Assembly: GCA_964484935.1 (NCBI GenBank) | Contig: CAZAFW010000005.1 | Location: 291-64,290, forward strand | Source of the DNA: an uncultured Peptostreptococcaceae bacterium | GTDB lineage: Bacteria > Bacillota > Clostridia > Peptostreptococcales > BM714 | Direction: 5' to 3' | Length of the DNA stretch: 64,000 nt | Shown: piece after piece, positions 35,695 to 44,824 of the stretch | Numbering within the stretch: position 1 is the stretch's first letter | How the letters are laid out: each line of letters begins with the position of its first letter | Translations under genes and position numbers: made by a program | Notes under the pieces: model-generated | The model's database searches: none | What the model saw: only the letters and a program-made list of their open reading frames with translations | Told to the model about the DNA's origin: nothing

Positions 35695-36636
35695 CTATCC
35701 GGCTATTTTCAAAAGCACAAAACTTACCAAACCGGCGATTGTCGGAGTTCCAAACCAGGCCAAAACAATATTCCTTACGACTTTGAGATTAACTGTTTGT
35801 ATCCCCTTTACAAGACCTATTCCGAAAACAGCCCCTACAATGGCTTGCGATGTCGAAACCGGAATCCCGACCTGGGCATAGAAATAAACAACCAGGGCCG
35901 CGGACAGAACCGATATGAATCCCGAAACCGGATTGAGCGGGACAATTCCTTTTCCCACCGTCATCATTACCGGCCTTGAATGCGTCAAAACTCCGAACGC
36001 GATGGAAGCTCCCCCCAGAATTACAGCATTGCTTGTATTTAGATAATCGAGCCTGCCTACAAAAAGGGCCGTTATGTTGGCAACATTGTTGGCTCCCAAA
36101 GCGTATGCGGAAAATGCCCCCGCAATTATAAACCCTGTTTTTACAAAGCGGTCAAACAATTCTATGTTGTTTATTCTCTTTTGAACATGCTTGCTCATCA
36201 GGCTGTAGAGTATGTACCCTATTGCCATAGCCCCCAACGGAGTGGCAAACCATGCCCCGAAAAACGGGAAGGTTTCTCTTACAAAAAATCTGCCTCCGGC
36301 GATTCCCGAGCCTATGATTGCTCCTATGACAGCTTGGGATGTGGAAATGGGCAGCTTCAAAAACGTAAGGAAGCTCACCGTCGCCGCTGCGGCGGTAATG
36401 ACCAAGAAAGCGTCGCGACCAGTGACAACTCCGTTCAAAGCCGCATAGACTCCCAAATTTTCCATCCCGGCCGACCCTTCCATGAAAGCGCCTGAAACAA
36501 CCAGGACAGCGGTTAAAATTACGGCATGTCTGTATTTAAGTACATGTGTCGCAACAGCAGTTCCGAAGCAATTGGCCGAATCGTTGGCTCCAAGTGCCCA
36601 ACCCAGAAATATGGCGGATATCAAATAAAAATACAT
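35695..36636 (-). CDS. pit: Inorganic phosphate transporter, PiT family
   Basis: GANDSANCFGTAVAT and the second repeat GANNVANITA (PHO4 signature). Confidence 0.85.
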   Translation of the reverse strand: MYFYLISAIFLGWALGANDSANCFGTAVATHVLKYRHAVILTAVLVVSGAFMEGSAGMENLGVYAALNGVVTGRDAFLVITAAAATVSFLTFLKLPISTSQAVIGAIIGSGIAGGRFFVRETFPFFGAWFATPLGAMAIGYILYSLMSKHVQKRINNIELFDRFVKTGFIIAGAFSAYALGANNVANITALFVGRLDYLNTSNAVILGGASIAFGVLTHSRPVMMTVGKGIVPLNPVSGFISVLSAALVVYFYAQVGIPVSTSQAIVGAVFGIGLVKGIQTVNLKVVRNIVLAWFGTPTIAGLVSFVLLKIAG

Positions 36637-36643
36637 TATTGAA

Positions 36644-37300
36644 TCAAACCTTTCTGATTACTACGATTTTTTCGAGAAGGTCAGAAATATCCTCCGCCAG
36701 GTCAGAAATATCAGCAAATTTTGTAATGAAATACCTGAGCTGGTTCTTTTCCGCCAAAGTCAGTCCGCTCCTGTACACAGACCCGATCAATGACTGTTCT
36801 ATCGAATCAACAACGCTCTCATGCCTGTCTATTTCAATGAAAAGCTCGTTCAGGTTACCCTTTTGGCTCCATATGTCCGAAAATATCTTGTCCACCGCTG
36901 TCCTCAGCTTTTCAAGTTGCAGCTTTGTCTCGCCATTTATCAGTCTTATTCCTTCTGCGTATTCTTCCCCCACAACAGCCATTTGAAGATAAAGCTCCCT
37001 TATTATTTCTTCCGATTCATTGGCTATTTCGTCGGTTTTCTCAATAAGATACAATGCTTCCCTTCTTGACTGAGGCAGCAAATCCCCCTTGAGCAATTCG
37101 GTTATTATTCTTCTTCTTATGGCGTCGGCCTCTGTTTCAATGACACTAACGGCTTTCACATAGTCCAAGGCCTTTTCGCCTTTTTCCTCAGCGAGTATTT
37201 CCTCCACATATCTAACGAGGGTTTCATGGCAATAGAGACATTTGTCAAGATGCTCCATAATGCAATCATGTATATTGTCTTGTTTTTTAAAAAATGACAT
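36644..37300 (-). CDS. DUF47 (PhoU-like) protein associated with PiT
   Basis: MSFFKKQDN start (ATG 37298-37300, SD AAAGGGGA) and helical PhoU-like repeats. The pairing with pit is conserved. Confidence 0.7.
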   Translation of the reverse strand: MSFFKKQDNIHDCIMEHLDKCLYCHETLVRYVEEILAEEKGEKALDYVKAVSVIETEADAIRRRIITELLKGDLLPQSRREALYLIEKTDEIANESEEIIRELYLQMAVVGEEYAEGIRLINGETKLQLEKLRTAVDKIFSDIWSQKGNLNELFIEIDRHESVVDSIEQSLIGSVYRSGLTLAEKNQLRYFITKFADISDLAEDISDLLEKIVVIRKV

Positions 37301-37346
37301 TGCGCCATCCCCTTTCAAATTTTTCTCATTTGTTACAGTATAACCT

Positions 37347-37370
37347 TAAAAACCGCTTTAGAAAAGCGGC
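37347..37370 (-). terminator. Orphan minus-strand terminator hairpin between the RAYT unit and the DUF47-pit promoter
   Basis: CCGCTT (37353-37358) pairs with AAGCGG (37364-37369). On the minus strand it is followed by TTTTT. No minus-strand gene ends directly upstream of it except across the RAYT unit. Confidence 0.55.
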
Positions 37371-37440
37371 CACACAGATAAAAAACAATCGTTCTTATTT
37401 GCTCTGACAATGCTGATTGGAATATGTAAAGCAATCCCAA

Positions 37441-38401
37441 CGGGGTCAGGCATCATTGTATCACTTAAGTGTGATACAATGATGTTATCAAGTACTGATG
37501 GAGGCGACATATGGCTCGAAAACCACGCATACACTTTGAAGGAGCATTATATCATGTGATTGTTAGGGGAAATAATCGTGAATTTATCTTTAAGGAGGAC
37601 AAGTGGAAACTGGAATACCTGGAAACAATCAAACGCTATAAATCCAAATACAAATTTAAACTTTACGCCTATGTAATGATGGACAACCATGCCCATCTAT
37701 TGATTGAGGTCAACCATGTCCCTTTGTCAAAAGTGATGCAGTGCATTCAGCAAGTATTTACACAAACATACAACCGAAAAGCCAGCCGGACAGGCCACGT
37801 TTTCGGACAACGCTATAAAGCTATACTTTGTGATAAAGATCAGTACTTGCTAATGCTGATACGCTACATTCACCAGAATCCAACAAGGGCGGGAATCGTA
37901 AATGGATTGAATTATAATTGGAGCAGTTATAACGAATACCTTGATAAAACAAAAAATAATTTGTGCGATGTCGAATTTCCATTGGGTTTGTTTAAAAATC
38001 GATTGGATATATTTGTTGAATTTATGAACGAAGAAGAGACTGAAATCAAGAAGATTCCTATTCGAAAATTCTCGGAAAACATTGATGAATATAAAGAAAT
38101 GAATAAGGAGAACTGTAGATCAACAGATTCGGATTTAGCGACAATAATAGAAAAGGTTTGTGAAGCGCTGGATATTGAAGTGGATCAGATATCCGCAAAA
38201 ACGAGGAAACGCAATATTGCCAATGCAAGACAACTTATTGCATTCCTTGCTTCTAAAAATCCAGAAATTACGCAAAAAGAGATAGCAGGGCGGTTTAATG
38301 TCAATCAAAATAGCGTATCGATGATGCTGTCCAAAGAGGATATAAGGTCGAAATATGGAAAAGAAATGTTCGAATTAATGATTTAGTGATGCCTGACCCC
38401 G
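37441..38401 (+). mobile_element. RAYT/IS200-like Y1-transposase unit flanked by 15-bp perfect inverted repeats
   Basis: CGGGGTCAGGCATCA (37441-37455) is the exact reverse complement of TGATGCCTGACCCCG (38387-38401). A 14-bp perfect palindrome also lies inside the left end: CATCATTGTATCAC (37451-37464) pairs with GTGATACAATGATG (37471-37484). Confidence 0.7.
37511..38386 (+). CDS. REP-associated tyrosine transposase-like protein (Y1_Tnp domain plus DnaA-C-like HTH)
   Basis: HUH motif MMDNHAHLLI and catalytic Tyr region IRYIHQNPTRAG. The C-terminus KTRKRNIANARQLIAFLASKN...EIAGRFNVNQNSVS resembles the DnaA C-terminal HTH. Confidence 0.8.
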   Translation: MARKPRIHFEGALYHVIVRGNNREFIFKEDKWKLEYLETIKRYKSKYKFKLYAYVMMDNHAHLLIEVNHVPLSKVMQCIQQVFTQTYNRKASRTGHVFGQRYKAILCDKDQYLLMLIRYIHQNPTRAGIVNGLNYNWSSYNEYLDKTKNNLCDVEFPLGLFKNRLDIFVEFMNEEETEIKKIPIRKFSENIDEYKEMNKENCRSTDSDLATIIEKVCEALDIEVDQISAKTRKRNIANARQLIAFLASKNPEITQKEIAGRFNVNQNSVSMMLSKEDIRSKYGKEMFELMI

Positions 38402-39628
38402 CTGGTTCCCATCTATGTGTTTTTCGATTTGGTCAAAAACGCTTTCCCATGATTTCCTTTTGACAAATTCTTTTCTTATAGTTGAATCCGCCGTTCCCTC
38501 ATAACGGTCGATCTGCTTCATCAGGGCATCGGCGAATCTTTGAGCATAGTCATATTCATCTTGCTTTAGGGGTTTGTCCACTGAAACCATCCTTGGCAAA
38601 GGTACGGTGACAGAGTTTTGAGAAACCATCATGTCTTGTCCGAACCACTCTTTGAGTCCCCCAAGTTCGGAAACGACAAGTTTCATTCCGCATGCGGCGG
38701 CTTCCGCCAAGACAAGCGGAAGTCCCTCGTAAAAGGACGGAAGGGCAAAAACACCGCTTTGCCTGAAAAGCTTTGCAAGGTCGCACTGGTCCATATTTCC
38801 CATAAGGCTTACGCCCTTCATACCTCTTGCCCGGCCTGCAAGGCTTTCGTATTCCATGCCCTTTCCCGATCCGGCTATAATAAGTGCTGCATTAGGCCTT
38901 TTGCATGATACAATTTCAAATGCGTCGAGAAGGCTCTTTACGCCTTTCGCTTTGCTTATTTTACCGGCATAGACTATTTGTCCCGGTTTTCTTTCGGGTT
39001 CCCAATGGTCTTCGTTAAAGCAATTCCTGTCGTATCCGGCACCTGTTATTTTTACGATTTCAGGAGAGACATTGTAAAATTCGCAAATCCTTCTCTTCTG
39101 GAAATCGTTCAAGGCGAAAATTCCGTCCAGCTTTTTGCAGGAACTTATGACTCTCATTCTGTGTCTATCATTGTTTTCCATTTGCCTCAAATCGCTTCCA
39201 TGTGAAAATGCAAACACCGGAAGCTCGGGAATCTCTTCCCTTACAAGCGAAGTCAGCAGCCACAGATGGTGTGTAAGTACGACGTCCGGTTCAAATGATT
39301 CGACAGCTTCTTTCAAGCTGAGTCCAAAGTTTTTTTCCCAAAGCTCGAATTTCTCTCCTGTGAGTTCATCGTAGCGAGTGCTTTCATAAGGCATTTCGTC
39401 GCTCATTCCCACAACAGGAAACGGAAGCTGGCTACTTTCAAAAATGACCGGCTCAAAACAAACACCCTCTGGAAGACAATAAGCCTTCTTGTTTTCATAA
39501 AACGGCACTCCGGCAATGAGTGTTTGATTGTAACCCTTTTTATCCGCCTGATGCAGAATATTTTTGGCAAAAATGCCGCTTCCCGTCTTTCCGGGCTGCT
39601 GGGCAATCACATGAAGTATTTTTTTCAT
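38375..39628 (-). CDS. Glycosyltransferase family 4 (GT-B, group 1)
   Basis: MKKILHVIAQQPGKTGSGIF N-terminus and the C-terminal FALPSFYEGLPLVLAEAAACGMKLV (EX7E-like) motif. The last 8 codons and the stop lie inside the right IR and 3' end of the RAYT unit. Confidence 0.75.
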   Translation of the reverse strand: MKKILHVIAQQPGKTGSGIFAKNILHQADKKGYNQTLIAGVPFYENKKAYCLPEGVCFEPVIFESSQLPFPVVGMSDEMPYESTRYDELTGEKFELWEKNFGLSLKEAVESFEPDVVLTHHLWLLTSLVREEIPELPVFAFSHGSDLRQMENNDRHRMRVISSCKKLDGIFALNDFQKRRICEFYNVSPEIVKITGAGYDRNCFNEDHWEPERKPGQIVYAGKISKAKGVKSLLDAFEIVSCKRPNAALIIAGSGKGMEYESLAGRARGMKGVSLMGNMDQCDLAKLFRQSGVFALPSFYEGLPLVLAEAAACGMKLVVSELGGLKEWFGQDMMVSQNSVTVPLPRMVSVDKPLKQDEYDYAQRFADALMKQIDRYEGTADSTIRKEFVKRKSWESVFDQIEKHIDGNQRGQASLNH

Positions 39629-39680
39629 TGCCTTTCTCCTTGAAAATTTTTATTTTTGCAACTTTGAAATTCGAGAGAGC

Positions 39681-40136
39681 TTATTTCCTGACAATTCCCA
39701 GCACCAGCTTCATAAGTCTGGACAAAGGACACATGTATATGCACCAGAACCGTTTCCCGAAAACAATTTCCGCAAGTATAGCCAATATCACACTTCCCGC
39801 CATCAGCCTGAAGAAATAATACCATTTGGTTCCGGCGCTGTCCGAAAAGGCAACAAGCACAAATATAATGAATGAGACATAAGCGAAGAAAAACACCCAT
39901 CCTGCTATATTAGCCTTTTTCGAATATTTCTTTAGTTTTCCGGGCGAATCTCCTCCTGCAAAGTCGAGTACATTCCCGATTGGGCAAGTGTCGTAGCAAA
40001 AACTTCTTTTTTTCCTCAAAGCCGTTTCAATCAATGCGTAAGCAAATATCAGAAAAATTCCATACCATATGCGCAAAACGCAAACGATTACGAAAACCCC
40101 TCCGAAAAAAAGCCACCCTTTAGCCTTGTTTTTCAT
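39681..40136 (-). CDS. Small polytopic membrane protein with CxxxCP motifs (NapH-like fragment family), function unknown
   Basis: 4 predicted TMs. FCYDTCPIG and FWCIYMCPLS resemble the membrane Cys motifs of the 15202..16029 protein. Confidence 0.45.
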   Translation of the reverse strand: MKNKAKGWLFFGGVFVIVCVLRIWYGIFLIFAYALIETALRKKRSFCYDTCPIGNVLDFAGGDSPGKLKKYSKKANIAGWVFFFAYVSFIIFVLVAFSDSAGTKWYYFFRLMAGSVILAILAEIVFGKRFWCIYMCPLSRLMKLVLGIVRK

Positions 40137-40200
40137 CTACATACCCCCGCGCCGTATTTATGTCGATTGTACAGCATGCCGGGCGCTTTTGCAAGCCGGA

Positions 40201-40773
40201 TTATGTCATTTTCCTCGAGCCCGGCTTTTCCCACGGGATTCCGTTTTTGCACATGGGGCACTCATCGGGTTCATATACGCTTATGTCGGCCTTTACGGCG
40301 CTGTAGACTTCAAAGTCCAATGCTTGGCTTCCCCCGCGGTCAACAAGACATACTGCTGCGACTACTTGGGCTCCGAGGCTCTCAAGGAGATCTTTTACCT
40401 CCATTGTGGACTTTCCTGTTGTTATTACGTCCTCAGCAATTATGATTCTGTCGCCGGGGGCAATTTCAAAACCTCTTCTTAGGCACATTTCATTGTCCTT
40501 CCGCTCTGTGAAAATCGCTTTCCTCTTCATCTGCCTACCAAATTCATAGGAAGGTATTACTCCTCCCATTGCAGGTCCCACAAAATAATCGAATTTCAGG
40601 TCTTTTATTTTTTCCACAACCCCTGAAACCACCGACTCGGCTTTTTGTGGGTGAGCCAAAACCTTTGCGCATTGAACGTATCCCCCGCTGTGCTTTCCGG
40701 AAGAAAGCAGAAAATGCCCCTCGAGAATGGCTCCTGTCTCTTTGAATATTTCCATCAATTCCTTTTGATCCAT
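40201..40773 (-). CDS. pyrE: Orotate phosphoribosyltransferase
   Basis: PRPP-binding loop IIIAEDVITTGKS and HFLLSSGKHSG. Last gene of the pyr operon. Confidence 0.9.
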   Translation of the reverse strand: MDQKELMEIFKETGAILEGHFLLSSGKHSGGYVQCAKVLAHPQKAESVVSGVVEKIKDLKFDYFVGPAMGGVIPSYEFGRQMKRKAIFTERKDNEMCLRRGFEIAPGDRIIIAEDVITTGKSTMEVKDLLESLGAQVVAAVCLVDRGGSQALDFEVYSAVKADISVYEPDECPMCKNGIPWEKPGSRKMT

Positions 40774-40784
40774 TTTTTTCTCCT

Positions 40785-41687
40785 TTACAATATGCCTGTT
40801 ATCTGCGAGATGGTCTTCACATTTTCTCTGTCCATAAAGGCTTCTATTTCATCGACTATCCTGATCCCGGCTCTCAAATCCATAAAATTTGCAGTCCCTA
40901 TTTGTACGCATGACGCTCCCGCCATGATGAATGAAATTGCATCTTCTCCACTTGTTATTCCCCCCATGCCCATTATGGGCACATCGACGGCCTTTGCAAC
41001 TTGGTGGACCATCCTCAAGGCTATGGGGCGGACAGCCGGCCCCGACAGTCCGGCATATGTGTTGTCAAAAATGATTTTTCTGCTGTAAATGTCCACCGCC
41101 ATCGCCTGAACCGTATTTATGAGCGATATTGCGTCGGCCCCCGCCGAGACACATGCAGATGCTATTTCGGCAATGTCGCCTACGTTCGGCGACAATTTCA
41201 CCATCAGCATTTTATGTGTGGATTTTCGGATTTCGCTTACTATGCCGTATGCCGAATCAGCATTTGTGCCGAAAGCCATGCCCCCACTCTTTACATTGGG
41301 GCAGGATATGTTGAGCTCGACAATATCGAACGGGGTGGTCTCGATTCTTTTTACCGTCTCTGCATAGTCCTCGGTCCTCGATCCGCTAACATTGACAATC
41401 ACCCTTGTATCGAGCTCCGAAAGATGCCTTGCCTCATCCTCAAGGAATCCTTGAACCCCGGGGTTTTCCAGACCTACGCTGTTCATCATTCCAGACGGGG
41501 TTTCCCACACACGTATGCCCTTGTTTCCAGCCCTTTTCTCGAGTGTTATGCCTTTGGTGGATATCCCTCCAAGCTTTGATACATCGTATATCTCTCCGTA
41601 TTCCTTGCCGAATCCGAATGTTCCTGAAGCCATCACCACCGGATTTTTGAAACTCAATTTTCCAAAATCAACCTTGCTTGAGCTCAT
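40785..41687 (-). CDS. pyrD: Dihydroorotate dehydrogenase B, catalytic subunit
   Basis: FKNPVVMASGTFGFG, ELNISCPN and GMGGI motifs. Start moved to MSSSKV (ATG 41685-41687) with GGAGAGGA upstream. Confidence 0.9.
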   Translation of the reverse strand: MSSSKVDFGKLSFKNPVVMASGTFGFGKEYGEIYDVSKLGGISTKGITLEKRAGNKGIRVWETPSGMMNSVGLENPGVQGFLEDEARHLSELDTRVIVNVSGSRTEDYAETVKRIETTPFDIVELNISCPNVKSGGMAFGTNADSAYGIVSEIRKSTHKMLMVKLSPNVGDIAEIASACVSAGADAISLINTVQAMAVDIYSRKIIFDNTYAGLSGPAVRPIALRMVHQVAKAVDVPIMGMGGITSGEDAISFIMAGASCVQIGTANFMDLRAGIRIVDEIEAFMDRENVKTISQITGIL

Positions 41688-42384
41688 CTGGGAACACATC
41701 CTCTCCGGCAAAAACGGGACCGTCCTTGCATGTTTTTTTGTTTCCGTATTTCGTGCTGCAGGTGCATACAAGGCATGCCCCTATTCCACAAGCCATTCTC
41801 TTTTCCATCGATATGAAAATCTTGGCGCTAGTGCCTTGAGCCTTCCTTGTCAGGACTTCCATCATGGGTTCCGGACCGCAGGCAAAAATAATGTCGTAGT
41901 CCGAGGGGTCAAGCATGTCTGTGACATAGCCCCCTATGTCAATATTTATTGAGTCGGCATATTTTGAAAACCGGTTCGAATTTATGTCCTCTTGGGCATA
42001 TCCAAGATATATGTCCAGCTTTTCGGGATTCAAGTTCCATATTGTTTTGGCGGCCAATCTGAGAGGCGCAGTCCCAAGTCCTCCCCCGACGAGTGCAATA
42101 CGACCTTTTGCAGTCGGAAATCCGTTTCCGTAGGGACCTTCCAGGCTTATTTCATCTCCCGCTTTCTTTCGGGAAATTATTTTTGTGCCTTCCCCGCATA
42201 CCCTGTAAAGGAATACTATTTTTCCTTCTTCCAGATCATGTATGCTCAGAGGCCTTGAAAGAACAGGGTATTCCTCCCATGCGCGGACCATGTAGAACTG
42301 TCCCATGGCACCTTTGAAGCTTCCTTCAACCCCGATTTCATATATGTTTTCTGCAAGGCGGTTATTGTATAGGATTTTACTCAT
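41668..42384 (-). CDS. pyrK: Dihydroorotate dehydrogenase B, electron-transfer subunit
   Basis: FAD/NAD-binding fold and the C-terminal 2Fe-2S motif RMACGIGACLVCTC. Start moved to MSKILYN (ATG 42382-42384, SD GAAAGGA). Confidence 0.85.
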   Translation of the reverse strand: MSKILYNNRLAENIYEIGVEGSFKGAMGQFYMVRAWEEYPVLSRPLSIHDLEEGKIVFLYRVCGEGTKIISRKKAGDEISLEGPYGNGFPTAKGRIALVGGGLGTAPLRLAAKTIWNLNPEKLDIYLGYAQEDINSNRFSKYADSINIDIGGYVTDMLDPSDYDIIFACGPEPMMEVLTRKAQGTSAKIFISMEKRMACGIGACLVCTCSTKYGNKKTCKDGPVFAGEDVFPDELKQG

Positions 42385-43228
42385 TCGACAAGTCCTTTCC
42401 CATCTTTTCAACTCGTCCGCTTATGGCATCCATAAAATCGCTTTCACTTGCGGCATTCCATGCATGGGCAATTATTCCTCTCGATGAGTTGACCACTGCG
42501 CACGGGTCGCTTATGGCTTCCCTTATGTCTTTGCCTGTGCCGCCCTGCGCCCCGTATCCCGGTACAAGGAAGAACATCCCCGGGCATGCCTTTCTGACTT
42601 GGTGAAACTCTTTGGTGTTTTTTATTCCAACCACGCCGCCTATAGAGCTGTATCCGCTCCTGCCTGTAAACTCGGCTCCCCATTCGCCAACTTTTTTTGC
42701 CGTTTCAATGTAAAGGGGATTGCCGTTTGACAAAATCTTCTCCTGGAAATCGGCTGCTGACGGATTTGATGTCTTGACAAGAACAAACAGGCCCTTGTTT
42801 TTGTTCTTGACATAATCGAAATATGGGGATATTGCGTCCTCCCCCATGTATGGATTCACAGTCATGAAGTCTGCCTCGAACTCTCCACTGAAATGGGCTT
42901 TGGCATAGAGGCCTGCAGTTGACGATATGTCTCCCCTTTTGGCGTCCGCAATCGATAGCAGATCTTTCTCCCTTAGATAATCGAGGGTTCCTGCATATGC
43001 CTTCATCCCTTCGATGCCCTCCGCTTCGTAGCATGCTATCTGAAGCTTGAAGCATGCAGCCTTTTCACGGGCCGCATCTATGGCCAAGCGGTTGAAAGCG
43101 AAAATTCTTTCGCTTTTCGAATCGTATTTTTTTGTTATGAAATCGGGAATATAATCCATCCTAATGTCCAGCCCTACGCAAACCATTCCCTTCGAAACGA
43201 CTTCATCATGCAATTTGTCTACTATCAT
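42377..43228 (-). CDS. pyrF: Orotidine 5'-phosphate decarboxylase (type 2, long form)
   Basis: VCVGLD, DAKRGDI and VNSSRGI motifs, and position in the pyr operon. Confidence 0.85.
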   Translation of the reverse strand: MIVDKLHDEVVSKGMVCVGLDIRMDYIPDFITKKYDSKSERIFAFNRLAIDAAREKAACFKLQIACYEAEGIEGMKAYAGTLDYLREKDLLSIADAKRGDISSTAGLYAKAHFSGEFEADFMTVNPYMGEDAISPYFDYVKNKNKGLFVLVKTSNPSAADFQEKILSNGNPLYIETAKKVGEWGAEFTGRSGYSSIGGVVGIKNTKEFHQVRKACPGMFFLVPGYGAQGGTGKDIREAISDPCAVVNSSRGIIAHAWNAASESDFMDAISGRVEKMGKDLSNE

Positions 43229-44393
43229 AAATTACTCTCCCCTCTTTCATTGTAAGCACAATCTCACCTATTGTTTCCCAACCCTCGAAAGGAGTGTTTT
43301 TCCCTTTTGATAAAAAAGTTTCAGTTGAAATTTTCTTTACAGCGTCCAAATCGGCCAAAACCAGATCTGCATCCATCCCTTCTAAAAGGCGGCCCTTGGA
43401 AAGGCCGAGCAGCTTTGCAGGCTTCTCCGCCATCATTTCGACCAGCCTTCCAATGCCAATGTTTTCCCTTTCAAAAACAGTATGCACCATTTCAAATGCG
43501 GTTTCCACATTAGATATGCCGGGGCTTCCGCTCATTTTGTCTTCCCTGCTGTGGGGAGCATGGTCTGTTCCAATAACGTCAATCAGTCCGCTCCTTGCCG
43601 CTTCCAAAAGCGAAGCCCTGTCCTCCGTGGTTCCGAAGGGGGGATTTACCTTGTAATCCAGGTTGCCTGCGAAAAGATGATGCGGGGTGACTTCGCATGT
43701 GAGCAGGTCTCCGAAAGCCGCTTTGCCGGCCCTTATGAGATCGACGGTCTTTCGCTTGCTTATATGGCATATGTGCAGCCTTCCCGCAACCTCCGCCATT
43801 GTTCCCAAATGCCTTCGCACAGTCTTCGACTCGGGTTCGCAGTGGGCCATTACAATAAAGTCGAGTTCCCGGGACTCTCTAAAGGCTTCTTTGGCAATTT
43901 CTGAATCCGCAAGCGTCTTTCCGTCATCCGAGAAAAGGCCTGTAAGCTTTTTCATGGACCTGAAATCAACAGCTTCTTTTCCCTCAAGACCTTTCGTAAC
44001 TGCCGAAATTTGAAAAATATCGCACAGCCCCACTTCTTCATGCCTCTTCATTATTTGTTTGAAGACTTCTGGATTGTCGCATACCGGAGAGGTGTTGGCC
44101 ATTGTGCAAAGTGCCGTATATCCGCCCTTTACTGCCGCCGCTTCTCCTGTTTCCATGGTCTCCTTGCCCTCGCCTCCGGGGTAGCGCATATGAAAATGCA
44201 TGTCCGTGAATGCCGGCATGAGGCAAAGCCCCAGTCCGTCAATCGATTTTTCGCATTTTTCTTCGGCTTCCTCGATTTCGGAAATACGCCCCTGCTCAAT
44301 AACATCTTTTATCTTTCCGTCTTCGATCAGAATGGCGCCCGTGGAATCGAGATGAGAGTCAACCATTCTGACATTCTTCAATATAATTGTCAT
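43206..44393 (-). CDS. pyrC: Dihydroorotase
   Basis: DMHFHMRYPG (metal-binding HxH) and GTDHAPH. Start moved to MTIILKNVRMVD (ATG 44391-44393, SD AGGTGG), 8 nt after the pyrI stop. Confidence 0.9.
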   Translation of the reverse strand: MTIILKNVRMVDSHLDSTGAILIEDGKIKDVIEQGRISEIEEAEEKCEKSIDGLGLCLMPAFTDMHFHMRYPGGEGKETMETGEAAAVKGGYTALCTMANTSPVCDNPEVFKQIMKRHEEVGLCDIFQISAVTKGLEGKEAVDFRSMKKLTGLFSDDGKTLADSEIAKEAFRESRELDFIVMAHCEPESKTVRRHLGTMAEVAGRLHICHISKRKTVDLIRAGKAAFGDLLTCEVTPHHLFAGNLDYKVNPPFGTTEDRASLLEAARSGLIDVIGTDHAPHSREDKMSGSPGISNVETAFEMVHTVFERENIGIGRLVEMMAEKPAKLLGLSKGRLLEGMDADLVLADLDAVKKISTETFLSKGKNTPFEGWETIGEIVLTMKEGRVIYDSRQIA

Positions 44394-44401
44394 TTGCCCA
44401 C

Positions 44402-44824
44402 CTACGCCTTCACGGGAGTGTCGCAATATTCGCAAGTGTATATCTTGTTTTCCGGATCGGTGAGAGTGAATTCTATGTCGGGTATGTTCTCTATTGTCGA
44501 AACGCATCTGGGATTCTTGCATTTCAATATGCCCTTAACTTTTTCAGGTAGCTTAAGTTTTATTTTTTCGGTTATTTTTCCGTTTTCCACAATATTGACT
44601 GTAAGGTTGGGGTCTAAAAGCCCAAGCATAGTCATATCAAGATCAATTTCGTTTTCTATTTTAATAAGGTCTTTCTTGCCCATTTTTTCGGAAGGTATGT
44701 TCTTTATGAGAACAACCGTGTAATCCACTTTGTGCAATCCCAGGTCCTTGAATATTTTATGTCCGCAACCCGGCTTGATGTGGTCTATTACAATCCCTTT
44801 CTTTATGCTGTCAATTTTAATCAT
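44402..44824 (-). CDS. pyrI: Aspartate carbamoyltransferase regulatory subunit
   Basis: IKKGIVIDHI N-terminus and the Zn-binding C-terminus CKNPRC...CEYC. Confidence 0.9.
   Translation of the reverse strand: MIKIDSIKKGIVIDHIKPGCGHKIFKDLGLHKVDYTVVLIKNIPSEKMGKKDLIKIENEIDLDMTMLGLLDPNLTVNIVENGKITEKIKLKLPEKVKGILKCKNPRCVSTIENIPDIEFTLTDPENKIYTCEYCDTPVKA

Noticed and set aside
35657-37346. M-box (Mg2+) riboswitch expected upstream of corA or the CNNM gene
   Set aside because: The intergenic gaps in the DUF47-pit-corA-CNNM run are only 7-38 nt. The 46-nt leader upstream of the DUF47 gene is far too short for an M-box.
37441-38401. Reconstructing the pre-insertion glycosyltransferase C-terminus by precise excision of the RAYT unit
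   Set aside because: With the inverted-repeat boundaries as read, the restored frame runs through the orphan terminator rather than stopping before it. The exact insertion boundaries or any target duplication therefore cannot be fixed by eye. Only the qualitative statement is reported.
43206-44522. N-terminal extensions in the ORF track for pyrC (43 aa), pyrD (28 aa), pyrK, pyrB, tetR (53 aa), marR, the DUF47 gene, the HAD hydrolase and glpK
   Set aside because: In each case an internal start has a proper SD at 6-10 nt and gives the N-terminus typical of the family. The longer form would overlap the upstream gene extensively. The shorter coordinates were reported.
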